Shown here: positions 11,501-24,440 of the stretch, piece by piece
How positions within the stretch are numbered: position 1 is the first letter of the stretch
Layout: every line of letters starts with the position of its first letter
DNA from: Thraustochytrium aureum
Lineage: Eukaryota
Reading direction: 5' to 3'
Length of the DNA stretch: 48,673 nucleotides
NCBI GenBank assembly: GCA_012862495.1
Contig: BLSG01000177.1
Span: 2,294-50,966, forward strand
Program-made: the position numbers and the translations under genes
The notes under the pieces: generated by a model
Told to the model about the DNA's origin: nothing
The model's input: the letters and a program-made list of their open reading frames with translations, nothing else
Database searches by the model: none

Positions 11501-14500
11501 CGATCAGCAAGTCCCTGTATGCACGTCTCGACCAGCAACGCGAGCTTTTCCCGCGGCTGTACTACCTGCCTGACCAACAGCTGCTGGATCTGCTACGCGC
11601 AAACCAGACAGACTATGAGCGCTTGCAAGGCTTTGTACCCGTGTTGTTCGACCACTTCCAATACCTCGAGCTCGCCTGGGAAACGCTCGAGCCTGCAACG
11701 GCCGCGTTCAACCAAGTCGCCCAAGCATATGGCAAACATGTTCTTAGCCAGGACAGCTCCCAAGCGACGCCTCTCAAGTGCGAGCGCCTCCTCGTTCGCT
11801 CCGTGTACTCTGGCGCAGCGATTAGCGCAGCGCAAGCTGCGGAGGCTGTTCTCGTTGACGAACGTGATGCCCCTGGGGCCAAACCACCCTCGTCCCGGGT
11901 TAGCGCGCTGTGTAAGCCTCTGCTCGATGTGTTTCCGGCGTATGCCGTCCCGCTGGCATTCAGGCTCAAAAACGAGTTATCCGGCGCCGAGTCTGTGCGC
12001 CGGCTGCCTGTGGAGGTCTGGATGTCTGCGTTTGAGAGCGCCATCGTCGACGTGCATCGCGATGCAACACGAGACGCTCTCGCTGCAGCGAGAGACATGC
12101 CCGTCGCGGACCTGCTCAAGCGATTCGGGTCGGAGCCCGTCGTTCTTGCTTTGCGGCTCCTCGGAACTGAGCAGGTCGACCTCGCGTTTTGTCAGATGGC
12201 TGGCGGTTGCGCAACAAACCTCGTTCGGACGAGGATGGTCCTTTCAGGGCCCTTTACGAAGAGCAGGCTAAAGACCGACACGATAGTGGCCAGGCAGCGT
12301 GGCCTCCTGATCTCTGGCGCCAGCGGCGCTGCCAGTGATGCAGCGTCGTTCGATACTTTACAGGGCGTACAGTCGCGGCTTAATGGAGACATACGGGAGC
12401 TTGCTGAGGCGGTGCGAGACGAAAAGAACCCAACCCGTGAGTTTCTACTGAACACGGCAGCGGCGCTCTTCGTGTTGGACGACCTGCGCAAGTCGCGCTC
12501 TCCCGTGATTCGGCCTTTTGGGAGAGCCGGCTGCGATACTATGCTCACGTCGGTAGTTGTGGGCCTTCGCCGACTTTCCAGGTCGAGGCAAACATCGCCG
12601 GCATCTCGATGCCGTTCAGGTTTCACGCCCAAGGCCCGACGTCTCGCGCCGTCCTCACGCCGCTGACGCTTCGGTGCATGCGGACGCTTGCGCTTGCAGC
12701 GAAAAACGTACATCTAGGTTGTGTTTCGGGGCCCACAAGCGTTGGCAAAACAGCAGCTGTGCGGGAGCTCGGACACGCCACGGGGACACGCGTCGTGCCT
12801 CTGCACTTGGGGCTCTTCGCCGCAGGCATGGCCAGCGAAGGGCAGCAGACGGTCTTGGAGAGGCATCTAAACGGCGTGTCCAAGTGCGGAGAGTGGGGCC
12901 TCCTCGAGGGCTTTGCCAGCGCGCGCGTCATCCCGCGGCTAGCGAGTTTGCTGCTGAGCTTCCTGGAGCGCGAGCGAATAGCGTTGGAGCCGATTCGTGC
13001 CTGGTCGGGGGCCCGCGCTGCCTTGTTCGCCACAACATTAACCAACGGCAATGCGCCCGGGCCGCGGCAGCGCCAGACTCTGCCGCGGCGCCTTGAGCTT
13101 GAGCTCAGACCATTCTGCCTGTCCGAACCAGCGTGCGCGCCGGTCGCACGAGCGCTCCTCATGTTGCGCTTCCAGCTTGGCCCAGAAGACGCCACAAGCC
13201 TGTCGAATGACCTTGCTGCGTGCCTTCAGACGTGCGAGCAGCTCGTTGGAGTCGCCGCGGCCTGCAATACGGTGAGGACGACATTGGCAATCCTCAAGCA
13301 CGCCTGGATTGTAGCTCACTCACAAAGCGCAGGCCTTGCCAAGTCACGGTTCGCCGACACGACTGGTCAAAAGCTGGCGGAGCGCGGTCTCACAGCATCA
13401 AACTCGATCTCCGCGATGAGGGTTTACCTAAGGCAGGCAGCCTGTCATATACTCGAGCAACGAGCAGGCGCCCCGAGAACCGCTGGTGATATGCTAGATG
13501 TCGTCACATCAGCGTTTGGGGTTTCTCCGCATGCGTCAAGTTTCACGCCACGGAGCAATGCCGGCGACAATGCCGAGGAGGCCCTTGCGATGAGGAAATC
13601 GCCAGCGCCACCCAGGCGGGTGCGCCGAAAGCGCACAAACCAAGCTCTCGCCTTTGGCGACCGCCAGTCTGCTCGGACCGTCCGCCCGATAAGCTGAAAG
13701 GCGTCGAGTTCGCAAAGAGAGACGGGGCAACGACGACTGGCCAACCAGCGACTGGTGAGAATCCTGACGCAGAGCGCGAGGAAGAAGCGCAAGCGTCCGC
13801 AACCCCAGGTGCTCGTCCCTCGGCTGTCCAGAAAATCGCCAAAAATGGTGATGTGGAGGATCTTGTCGTGCTCCTGGCCACCCATGCTTGCACTCGACTT
13901 GGGCTCAAAGCAAAAGAGGCGCGCGTCGTGCAGAGTTGCGTCACGCTGTGCCACTCGCTCGGGATTTTTGAAGATGTCACACCATACTCTGCTTCGCACC
14001 CTGGTCGCCAGAACGGCGCCGTGATATTGGTGGGACCAAACTTCTCTGGCAAGTCGACAACGATTCAAGTTCTGCTCAGCGCCTTGGGGCTTTTGGAAGG
14101 GGCTTCAGGACTACGGGCGCTGCGGGTCTTTCCTGAAGCCGTTGGTCTCGACGAGCTCCTCGGCTGCTATGGGCCAGACGGGACACGCCAAAACGGACTG
14201 CTTGCAGAGACACTGCGTGTCGCAGAGTCAGGCGGATTGGCTGCAGGCAACCGGATCCAATTCGAGACGCTGGTCGCGGACGGCGCCGGGACGAATGCCT
14301 CTGGAATATACAAGGGCGGCGTGCAGCTTCAAGACGTTTCCAAGCAGCTTGCAACGGTGGTCCGAGGAATGACGTGGGTCGTACTTGACGGCCACCCGCG
14401 CAGCGACTGGGTGGATGGTGGCGTTGACGCACTCTTGGAGGATGGTTTAGCCCAGTACTGCTGTGGAAACGGGACTGGGCAAATGCTAACCCTCAAACAC

Positions 14501-17500
14501 TCGTCGCGCATCGTCTTTGAGACCCCGGCGCTTGAGAATGCATCACCGAGCGCCGTCACGAAATGCCACGTCGTTTACATCAGCCCAGGGCAACTAAGGT
14601 GGCGTGACGTCGTGCACAAGTGGCTCAACGTCAAGGTCGCTGCTGCCCAGGACGACCGCAACTCGATCCAGCTGCCGAAGAGCTTCCGCCCCTTTAAGCG
14701 AAAGCTAGAGGAGCTTTGCGAGTGGCTGGTTCCCGGCTTGCTTGCCGTCGCTCAGCGCGTCCAAGCAAAGCAAGGCGGGCGCCTCCTGCAGGAGGGGCGC
14801 GAAGCAGTACGTTTTGTGTCGCTTCTCAACCTCGTTCTCCTCGAAAGCCAGGGCGACATTCTTCGCTCTCATGAACACGTCGAGGCGCAAATTGAGTGCG
14901 CATTTCTCTTTGCCCTGGCGTGGACCATCTGCTCGCCGGCCATTTCTTTGCGCCCGAGCTCTGCAACGCATCGACCTGTTGGGGATCAGCGGCTCGTCTC
15001 GCTTGAGCTTGAAGCCGCGTTCCGGGAGCTGATGGGCGCTGACGGCGAAGAAGGCGCACAGCGCGCGCTTGTCGGAGGCGCGCTGAGAGGCGCGCTGCCC
15101 CGCCACCTTCGGAGCAGACGAGCAGCCCTGCCTATTCCGCCCGACCTGACTGTTCATGACTATCGATTCGACTTTGCGGCAAGGGCGTGGCGCAACTGGG
15201 GCGAAATCGGCGCTAGAATCTCCGCAACGAAATCGATGACGCCTTCTTGGCTGGCTGGGCTAAGTGACGTCTCCCTTCTCGGCGGGCCGCAGCTCAGGGC
15301 ATCCTGGTTTCTTGACCTCGTCTTGCGCCATGGACGCTCTGCATTGTGCACCGGGCCGCCGTCAAGCGCAAAGCGGCTCTTGGTTCGCTCTGCCCTTGAG
15401 CGGGCTCGCATTCAAGGCAAAGAAAACTGCTCTCGCGCAGTTTCTTTGGGCCACGTCTGCCTTACGGTTCGACGCGGCCCCGCGATCTCAAAAATCACGT
15501 ACTGTCATGCTTGGACAAGTACTATGGCAACGTGTACGGTGCGCCGACGTTTCCTGACGACCTACAGAAATCCAACGGCGGAGATCGTGCCGAGTGTCCT
15601 GATGAAAAGGCCGTCGAGCCTATTCGTGCCCAGACGATCATTTTCGTTGACGACATGAATGTGGGCAGCTCCAGCTGTGGCGAGGCGCTTCGCCAAATGC
15701 TGGAGACGAGCAAGCTCGACGGCTCTGCACCAGCCTATTTGCCCGTGCAGCTTGTCGGGACGCAATTCGTTCTTGTTCACGAAACGGCAGAAGACGCTCA
15801 CGGAAAGGATCCACACGCGCGAGTGCTGTCGCGCATCATGCATCGCATCCCGGCACCCGAGATGGACAGCCAGTCTCTGCAGCTGTTTTTTCTACGATGC
15901 TACAGAAACGGCTGTCTTCGAGGCACTGGAACATGCTTGGGATAGCTGGCGAGCTCGTCCGAGTCACGCTGCAGGCTCGCGACCAGCAGTGCGACGCACT
16001 CCCGGTCTCTCGGCTGCACGCGGTTTTTCGAGGGTTGGTTCGCCAGAGCGATGCTCTACTTGAAGCCGCGCCTGCACTTGTCGCGGCGTGGACGCACGAG
16101 TGCTTGCGCTCTCTTGTAGACCCACTTTCCTCGCGCAAGCAGGCCGAGGAATTTGTTTCCACGCTCCGGGAGGAGCTCGGCACGGCGACGGCTACCTTGC
16201 AAAAGGTTGACGCGATAGCCGTCTTCGACGAGTCGCTTTCGCGGTACAGCGGCACAATCCTTCAAGGTTTTGACCCTGGCTTCGGCGGCTCCGATCTTCG
16301 GCGCGGCTATGTTTCAGCAGCCGACATGGACCCTGGCTGCGAGAGGGATGATGCCCAAAGCGAGAGCGTTTACGGCACTTTGGCGCGCCAAGACACGACA
16401 ATTTCGATCAGCGCAAGCGTGGACGGTGGCTTCACCTGCCCGCCGCCAGGCTTTCGAGCAGGAGGGCAACGCGCAAGCTGTGCCAGAAGCAGCGGCCTTA
16501 TGCTGCGCATGCAAGACCACCGCATGTCCCGCATCGCTGTGCTCGAGCACTCTGACGACTCCGAGCCGGACTCTGGCAAAAGCGAGGAAGGCGAGCTGCT
16601 GAGGGCCGGTAGGAAGCCTAGTGAGTCTCAGAGCGACGGCGAGAGCAGCGCCGGCAGCGACGATGATGCGGCTCGAGCAAGCGCTGACGAGCCCGTTGCG
16701 TCGCTGGTGACAATCTCAGGGGAGGCCACCAACCCTTCCGCCGCCTTCGAAATCGCCTCGACGGATCCAAGAGCCCAGACGCCCGGCCACCTCTGTAGCG
16801 CGTTTCTGGCAGACTGTGTTTCTCGGCTGTCTCGCTCCCTTGCTTTGCCCAGGCCAGACCTCGTGGACGGCGACCTCCGGTCTGGGGGCTCCGGGTGGTG
16901 CGGGGAAAACGTCATTCTCGTCGACCCCATCGCGCTCGGGCTTGACGCCTACATCGTCCGCGAGTGTGCTGCAGCGCAGGGCTACCAATTGCACCAGCCT
17001 GGGCCCTTCCGCGGCGGCAAGGTTTGGCGCAGCTTTTTGCGCCAAATCGTCGCCACGGTGGTGGCAGAGGCCGCTTCCGGAGTTGACTCCTGCAAGCACG
17101 TTCTGGTGATTGACCACGCGCTTCTCTTCCACTCGTGCGACCATCAAGATCCGAGTTTCGGAACTGCGTCAATTCTTGCGGACGTGCAAGCCCTTGCCTC
17201 AACTGGGGACGTACCCGGTCTCTTCGACTGGCACGTCGAGAAGGGGCAGAGCGACACCGAAACGGAAGAGCAAGGCCACGTGGAGCTTGAACCAGGCACC
17301 CCAGCATGTAGTGCACGGTCGGCAGCCGCCACAGAGCCAAAGGTGGAGCTGCGCAATGCCATGTTGCGCGCCGTCCTTCAGCGCACGCTCCGCGAAAGCG
17401 CCGCCAAAGCGCGCCACAACTTGAAAACCGAAGCGATCAAAGCGGGTCTGCTCGAACGGCCNNNNNNNNNNNNNNNNNNNNNNNNNNNNNNNNNNNNNNN

Positions 17501-20500
17501 NNNNNNNNNNNNNNNNNNNNNNNNNNNNNNNNNNNNNNNNNNNNNNNNNNNNNNNNNNNNNNNNNNNNNNNNNNNNNNNNNNNNNNNNNNNNNNNNNNNN
17601 NNNNNNNNNNNNNNNNNNNNNNNNNNNNNNNNNNNNNNNNNNNNNNNNNNNNNNNNNNNNNNNNNNNNNNNNNNNNNNNNNNNNNNNNNNNNNNNNNNNN
17701 NNNNNNNNNNNNNNNNNNNNNNNNNNNNNNNNNNNNNNNNNNNNNNNNNNNNNNNNNNNNNNNNNNNNNNNNNNNNNNNNNNNNNNNNNNNNNNNNNNNN
17801 NNNNNNNNNNNNNNNNNNNNNNNNNNNNNNNNNNNNNNNNNNNNNNNNNNNNNNNNNNNNNNNNNNNNNNNNNNNNNNNNNNNNNNNNNNNNNNNNNNNN
17901 NNNNNNNNNNNNNNNNNNNNNNNNNNNNNNNNNNNNNNNNNNNNNNCTACTGGAATCGAGCCAAGTCGCCGCAAGTTCTGGGGGGACCCCCAAACTGTTG
18001 GTGCGCCTCCTCTCCATGAAGAAGGACGCCATCTCAGGCGAGGTCGTCGACGAGGTTTGCGAGCTTCTCGACTCTGCACCAATAAAGGAAGCCTTCTTCG
18101 TGGGCGACGACGGGACGCTCATGGACGCGGAGGCGCAGCGAAAGCTCCCTGCCGGGGATGCAACCAGGAGGAAACGGTTTCTCGAGTGTCGGCAGGCGCT
18201 GGAGGCCATTTTGCGATGGCTGCTCGCCGTGATCAAGTACCGTCGCGTCATTTCCTCGATCAAGCCAAAGCAGGAGGCCCTCGCGCAGGCGACCTCGGAG
18301 CTCGGCCTCCTTGAAATGGTGCGGAAGGATATCTTGCGCGCCGTGACCGCCAGAAATGGAATCGTAAACGAGCTTCAAGCCAAGCGCGACCAGCTTGCCG
18401 AGCAGCGCGCGGACTTGGAGCAGCGCCTCGCCGAGGCCACAAGTAAGGGGAAACGCGCGGTGCGATTCTGCCAGAGCCTAAGCGACCAGGTCCGACAGTC
18501 CTGGAGCCACGAGCTCGAGGCTCTGCGCCAGCAGGAGGAAGAGGACACCGCAGACGGCATGCTCGCCGCAAACGCCATTCTGATCAGCGCCTGCTGCACG
18601 TACTTTGGGATGATTGGGGCAAACGTGCAAGAGAGCTGCCTTGGCAAATGGATGGAGCTCCTGCTGGACAAGGGGCTCAAGCCGAGTCTAAGCAACGCGC
18701 GTGAGAGCATCAATTGGAGCAACCCTGGAGACCGAAACCCCCGCCGAAGTGGTATGCGCAAGTCTCGCGAGCGGGGTCGTCGCAAGACTAGGCCAGACCA
18801 CAAAGCCGAAGACTCGGATGACTCGGAGAACAACAGCGAGGACGGCCTGGTTCCGGACGGGCGAGAAGAAAGTGACGACGAAGACTCTGAAAACGTTCCC
18901 ATGAGCCTCTCACTGCCTGGCGTGCTTGGCAACCTGCCGATCTCGTTCAGCAACACGAATGGGTTTTGCTTTCCCGTGGGTGAGATTCTGAAAGACACCA
19001 CAAGCGCGGAGGCAACGCTGCGGTGGCTTGAGTGCAAACTGCCGATGGAGCGCCGTTTAGTATCCCAAACGTGCCTCGTCGCGCATACGCTGATGGGGAA
19101 TCAGTGGTCGTTTGAGGTGGGGGCGCGATCGGGGTGGGCCGGACTCGGCAAGTGGGCATTTCAAGTTCCCGTTCTGATCGATCCGCACGGCCTTGCGATG
19201 CGCTGGCTAAAGCGCTATGTTGGCGAAAAGGGAGAGGTTGTGGTAGTGGATGCCTTCGCTCCCCCAGAGTGGGTCGACCAGTGCGTTGCCAATGCGAAGC
19301 GCGACGGCGGAGCGCTCGTGGTGGAAAATCTCTCGAAGCGAATAAGCCCAACGATAGCCGCCTTGCTGATCGGCTACGGCAAGGAGGAGACCGAGCCGTA
19401 CGTGCTTTGCGGGACGGCAAAGTCGTTTGACGAGGGCGTTCCGGACCTGTTGGATAACAGTCTCACATTCTTTGACTTTTCGATGCGGGACAAAGAGGTG
19501 GAGTCACTCGGCGTCGCTTTCCTGCAGCATGCAATGGCCCGCGCACCTCGAAATCTCAACGTAATCGACAGCTGGCTCACGTTCGCGGTGGTCCACCTGC
19601 ACACCTTTGTGCAAAAGGAAGCCACACGTGACGCGCTCCTGAGCGCCATGTGCGGGACCCCAGAGGAAGCCTGGTGCCGCCGACGGGCCTCGCTTGATGC
19701 CGCGGCAGCAGCAAGCTCGGGTGGTCCTCAAGCGCCACTAAACCCAAAGCACGGGGACAGCGTGCGCGCAACAGAGTCGCTGCTCAGAGAGGTGGGGCTT
19801 CTGGAGCGCGTGCTCGAGTTTGGCGAGGACTACAAGCACCTTCTGCACAGTTTTGAGAACTGGCAGTTCGCCAAGACCCGCAAACTTTTGCAAGCCATCC
19901 GGCTGCTGTGGCCTCTGGCTCAGTTCGCGGCGCGGCTGTTCTCGAGTGTGAGCCTTTTGTTCCGGGAGCGCCAGATGCCCTTGCCCCCGGACTACAAGCG
20001 GTTCTGCTCGGCCGTCGAGGAGGCGACTGAAGAGCTTTGGCTCAAGGTCGACGCGCTGGTTGGCAAAGCCAGAGCCTCGGCCGCGCACCAACTTGGGAGC
20101 GTGCGCGGCGTAGGTGGACAGGGCGACTATGTAGCAAGGGCTGAGAGCGATGCGATTGGGATCGACCAGCGCTTTGCTGCCGAACTTGCTTGGGAGCCCC
20201 TCTTCGCGGCGATGGTGTCCCTAGGGTACAGCTCTGTCGCGGCGCTCGGGCGGCCCATGCGGTCGGCCGACCAGGACATGCTGCACGTGCTTTGCGCGCT
20301 GGAGCTTGAGTACACGAGCAGAGTCAAAATTGAAGCTCAAGACGAGCGCGCATTCGAGTCAGCGGTGGTCATTCCGCTTTTCGACGGCCGCCACGTTGTG
20401 GAGTCCGTCGAAAGAGCGCAGCGACGCCAGAGGCAGCGCGAGTCGGTAGGGCGGAAAGAGTCCCCGCGACTCGGGCCTTGAGAGCAAAGAGCCTCGGAAC

Positions 20501-23500
20501 ATGATTCGGTTGCGCCGCTCGAGAACGGGTGGGCTGCGCCGGAACACGGCCAAACTGGACTTAACAAGGCTAATTCGGGGCAAGCGGGCCACTGCAGTAT
20601 ACGTCCCGCGAGCAAGNNNNNNNNNNNNNNNNNNNNNNNNNNNNNNNNNNNNNNNNNNNNNNNNNNNNNNNNNNNNNNNNNNNNNNNNNNNNNNNNNNNN
20701 NNNNNNNNNNNNNNNNNNNNNNNNNNNNNNNNNNNNNNNNNNNNNNNNNNNNNNNNNNNNNNNNNNNNNNNNNNNNNNNNNNNNNNNNNNNNNNNNNNNN
20801 NNNNNNNNNNNNNNNNNNNNNNNNNNNNNNTCGAGACCTCCGTGCCGCTTGCTGGGCTCTGCTTGGCAGAAAACCCGATCCAATTCCTTCAGGAAGTGGC
20901 TCTTCATGACCAACCAGGGCAGGGAGTGCAGTTTGCTGCGAGGGCAGCCGCGACACATCAGGCGCCCCTGCGAGCCAAACCAAGCGAGGAGCAGAGGTGG
21001 ATCGCTTTTGCGCGTTTCGCACTGGTTGCGTCCCTTCGGCCCGAGTGGTTTCTGCCCAGCGCTCTTGCATATGCTTCCAACCATCGGGCGGCCGCGGAGC
21101 TGGTCCTCGCAGAGGAGAAGGCTCGCCACCATGCTGCTCTTCTTCAAAGCTTTGGGCATGGGCGACTGATTGCCAAGACGCAGCGCCCGAAAACCTCGTT
21201 CAAACTCTCCAAACACGGGACGGAAACCTTCGACGCTGCTCTCCCTGGAGCCCTTCCAATAGAGCTACAGAGCGGGACAACGCTGGCGGCCACGCTAAAG
21301 TCCGTTTCCAACGCACACTGCCCAGTGATTGTCGCTCATCCGCTAGTGCCGCACGAGCGGGCCGTCGGGATCGTCCGTGAGGCTTGCGCGGCGCTTGGTT
21401 ATTCTGGCGTCGAAACGGGGTCGGCTTCGCGTCTCCAGAGGGTCGACGTGGCCCCACTGATGCGCCGCCTCTTCGCCGAAGGCAAATGCTTGATTCTGGA
21501 CGACTGCCAAGCTGTGCCCTTGGAGGTCCTCGACGCAATTGCAAGCTTTCTCCGCCGGCCGGAACTCTTCCGTTCCGCCGCGGGAGGCAAGGACCGTGGC
21601 GCAGTCGAACTGAAAGACGGTGCTAGCGCAGCAAGCGAGGCAGGAGACGACAGTGGAAAAGACAGCGACACTAGCAGCGAGGAGGGCGACTCGAGCGAGG
21701 CGGCAAGCGGTGCCAGACGCCCGCTTATGCGAGTGTTTCTGCTGGCTGCGACCTCGCCTCCGGCCTGCGCCTCAAGCGTCGAGACAGAGCGTGTTTGGTT
21801 GAGGAATCCGAGAGACCCGCAGTACAACCTCGGTGCTCGATTCAAGCACATTGTGAATTCGTTCGACGAGTTTCAAACTGCGTCGACCAAGTCGGTGGGG
21901 TTCGGCGACTTCTTGTGGAAGCAAGTTGCACTGAGTCTGTGCTTTCTGCATGCAGTCGCCACGCAGCAGCGGCGCGTTTCGGAGGGCGGCCCTGTTGAGG
22001 AAGATCTCGATGTGTTTTGCGACGCCATGGGCTCTCTTCGCGGCGATTTTGCCGGCGGCGAGTTCGAGATCGAGGAGGTGGACCTCCCGGATCACCAGAT
22101 CAAGCTCGTGATCACGATCAAACCCTTGTCTGCTGGCGCAAGCGCAGAGGCAAGCGGCGCGCCGAGCCGGAAGCTACTTGACATGTCGGACTTTCGCCAG
22201 CTCGTGACGGACAGCCCTGGCGTCAAGGCTATCCAGTTCCAAGTTCCGGCGCAGCTCGTCGCCGTGGCGGGGACCTTGCTTGAAACTGTGCACGGCAGGG
22301 TTTCATCCTCGCCAGAGATGGACCGATGGCTGCGGCACATGGCGGCGCACGTGCTCTCGCACACGGAGCTCTGTATCCCGAGCGCCAGTAGCGGGCTACT
22401 GCGGCTCAGCATGAGCTGTGCGCAGTGGGCAAAAGAATACACGGTTCACGCGTCACTCCCGCGAGATGGCGGCGAAGACGCGTCACCAGAGCTTACTGAG
22501 CCGGCAAGCAACTCAGACGAAAGCAGGCGGGACTGGCTTGCGATTGCGGGCTTCGAGGCCCAGCGGGACCAGGACAGGGCAAAAAGGGTCGTCGGCACGA
22601 GCTCGCCAGGTCCTGGGGCAGTGCCTCAAAGTCCCCGTCTCGGGCTCTGCATTCCACCTCGCAGGGTATGATGGCGGCTGGGAAGAGCTTCGCCAGACGC
22701 TCGGCGCGCTAGCAGAGGACTGGCCAAGTCTGCAAGGCCTGCCGCGAGGAGCAGGCGGGGCGAGGCGCCCGCTCCTTGCCTCCATACTGCGTCAAGAATG
22801 GTCCAGAGCGCGATCTGCAAGCAAGGCGCTCGGGAAACTGCTCCGCGAGTGGGACCGGAGCGTGTTGCCGCCGAGTTTGCCCGAGCTACAGGCTGGCGTG
22901 CTAAAGTGCTTGGCTGTGCCGTTGCACGCTGACATTCGGCAAGCAGTCGAGGGGGCACTTCGCCGCCGCCGTAGCCTCGAGGACTGCATGGACAAGCTTG
23001 GCGTGCGAGAGTCCACAACAAAGCGCGGCAAGCGGTCGAGCCGCAGCCCAAGCAGCAACGCATGCGAGCTCTTGTCTGAACGCCTTCGGCAGCAGCCGCT
23101 ATGTCTCGCAGCGTTTTCGACCCCCAGGACAATTCTCTGGGCGGTACTCGCGGAGGCAGCACAGCAGCTTGACGTGTGCCTCCCAGAATTGGAGCTAGAG
23201 TGTGCAATGGGCTTGCCTGCTGAGCGAGACAAGCCGTTCATGGTCCTGTACGGCCTTGCGATTGCAGGCGCGAAGTGGGACGCGTCAAGGTCCTGCATCG
23301 CGCGATACGCGGCACATGACGGGTTGACGCCGCTGCCGCCGCTGACCGTGTTTCGTGCGGGCCAGTGCGTACCGAACGGGCGCTTCTTGCTGCCGTTCGA
23401 CCCTTTTGGTTTTCGCGAGGGTTCCGGACCGCAAGGCTCTGGTTCGCCCGCCGAAGGTGGTGCGCATGCCCCTTCTCAACCTGGCTCCGAGCGTGCGCCG

Positions 23501-23665
23501 AGCAAAGCAACGTTCAAAGCAACCTCTTGCCGCCTCTTTGGCAGGACTGGGGCTGGTTCTATCGACTACAACGCGCCACAGCTCTTGATTTCGTTGCCAA
23601 TAGACGCGGAGGTCCAGGACGTGGGCTCAGCAGCCTTGGTTGCGTGCGGGCTAGCGAGCCTGTGA
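5581..23665 (+). CDS. Highly divergent axonemal dynein heavy chain (DNAH1/inner-arm-like N-terminus), ~6000 codons, split by frameshifts and two gaps
   Basis: Dynein motifs appear in canonical order across consecutive ORFs. DNAH1-like tail: PRTVLRFSAENEGCFRKRAHAAHALR. Tail/linker: LRSGALKARHWRQI, LLDDHL, RELFPRLYYLPDQQLLDLL. AAA1: WESRLRYY, VLTPLTLRC, GPTSVGKT. AAA2: GPNFSGKS, WVVLDG, RIVFET..ASPSAV. AAA3: LDKYYGNVYGAP, IIFVDDMN, EALRQ. Stalk: ILRWLLAVIKY..IKPK. AAA5: VLIDPHGLAMRWLK. AAA6: SLCFLHAV. C-domain: YGLAIAGAKWD, AALVAC. Confidence 0.92.
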
Positions 23666-23875
23666 TCTGAGAGCCATGGCGGTCGAACGGAGGGAGGGTC
23701 TTGAGGTAGGTAGCTGCTGTGGGTAGAATTGAATTGAACTTGTCACTCCCTGTGCTCGCTGCACTTCAAGGACGACAAGCGAGACCACGCGCGCGCTCGG
23801 CCGCTCGCACCCTCCGCTCGGACGTGGTCTTGGCGGCGCAGCGACGAGTAGTGCAAGCAAGGTAGACTTCGAAAA

Positions 23876-24440
23876 TCAGTCAACCTTGAGCTCACCGCGC
23901 GGGTGCGATGCTGGCAGCGGAGCAAAGTACCTATCGACGAGTGCCGCAGGCACGTCGGCGGCAGACTTGTGAGACCAGCGCGGCGCGTTGTCTTTGTCAA
24001 CGAGAATCGCACGGACGCCTTCGAAAAAGTCGCCCCCAGGCTCGCACATTCGCTGCACCACCCGATACTCGCCTTGCAGCGCCGACCCAATGGTCGCAGC
24101 AGGCTCCGCGTGCGCAAGGACGGCGCGCAGCGTTACTTTCAGGGACACGGGAGAGCAGCGCGCAAGCGTCTCAAGCGTCGAGCTCGCCCAAGCTGCCTTG
24201 TGCTTCGCCGTGACCTCATTGTCGGCCTTGTACGCTTGGAGTGCCTCAACGATCTCCTCGACGGTCTCAAACCGAAAGCACGACTCGATGCCCTCGCGAT
24301 TCGGCTCGAGGATCGGCGCAGCCTTGCCCTCGGTGGGAGGAGTCGCCCCTGCGCCGAGGTCGGCGAGGACTTGCTCCACTTTGTCGAGTCGCGCAGCGTC
24401 AGGGCCAAGAGCCTCAAGCCTCGCCCCTAGGAGGGCCGCG
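23876..24440 (-). CDS. HIBCH: 3-hydroxyisobutyryl-CoA hydrolase (crotonase family), C-terminal half; the 5' part lies in the gap
   Basis: IESCFRFETVEEIVEAL...WASSTLETLARCSPVSLKVTLR...EYRVVQRM...DFFEGVRAILVDKDNAPRW...VDRYFAPL are the ECH_2/HIBCH C-terminal signatures. Confidence 0.9.

Noticed and set aside
10120..11577. 485-aa minus ORF and other antisense ORFs over the dynein, NOX, LRR and nitroreductase genes
   Set aside because: They have no motifs and are explained by codon bias of the real gene on the opposite strand.
7845..22671. Alternative genetic code, stop readthrough or Euplotes-type +1 frameshifting in the dynein
   Set aside because: Homology continues in a different frame rather than through the stops, the sites lack AAA-TAR motifs, and TAA, TAG and TGA all terminate other genes here normally.
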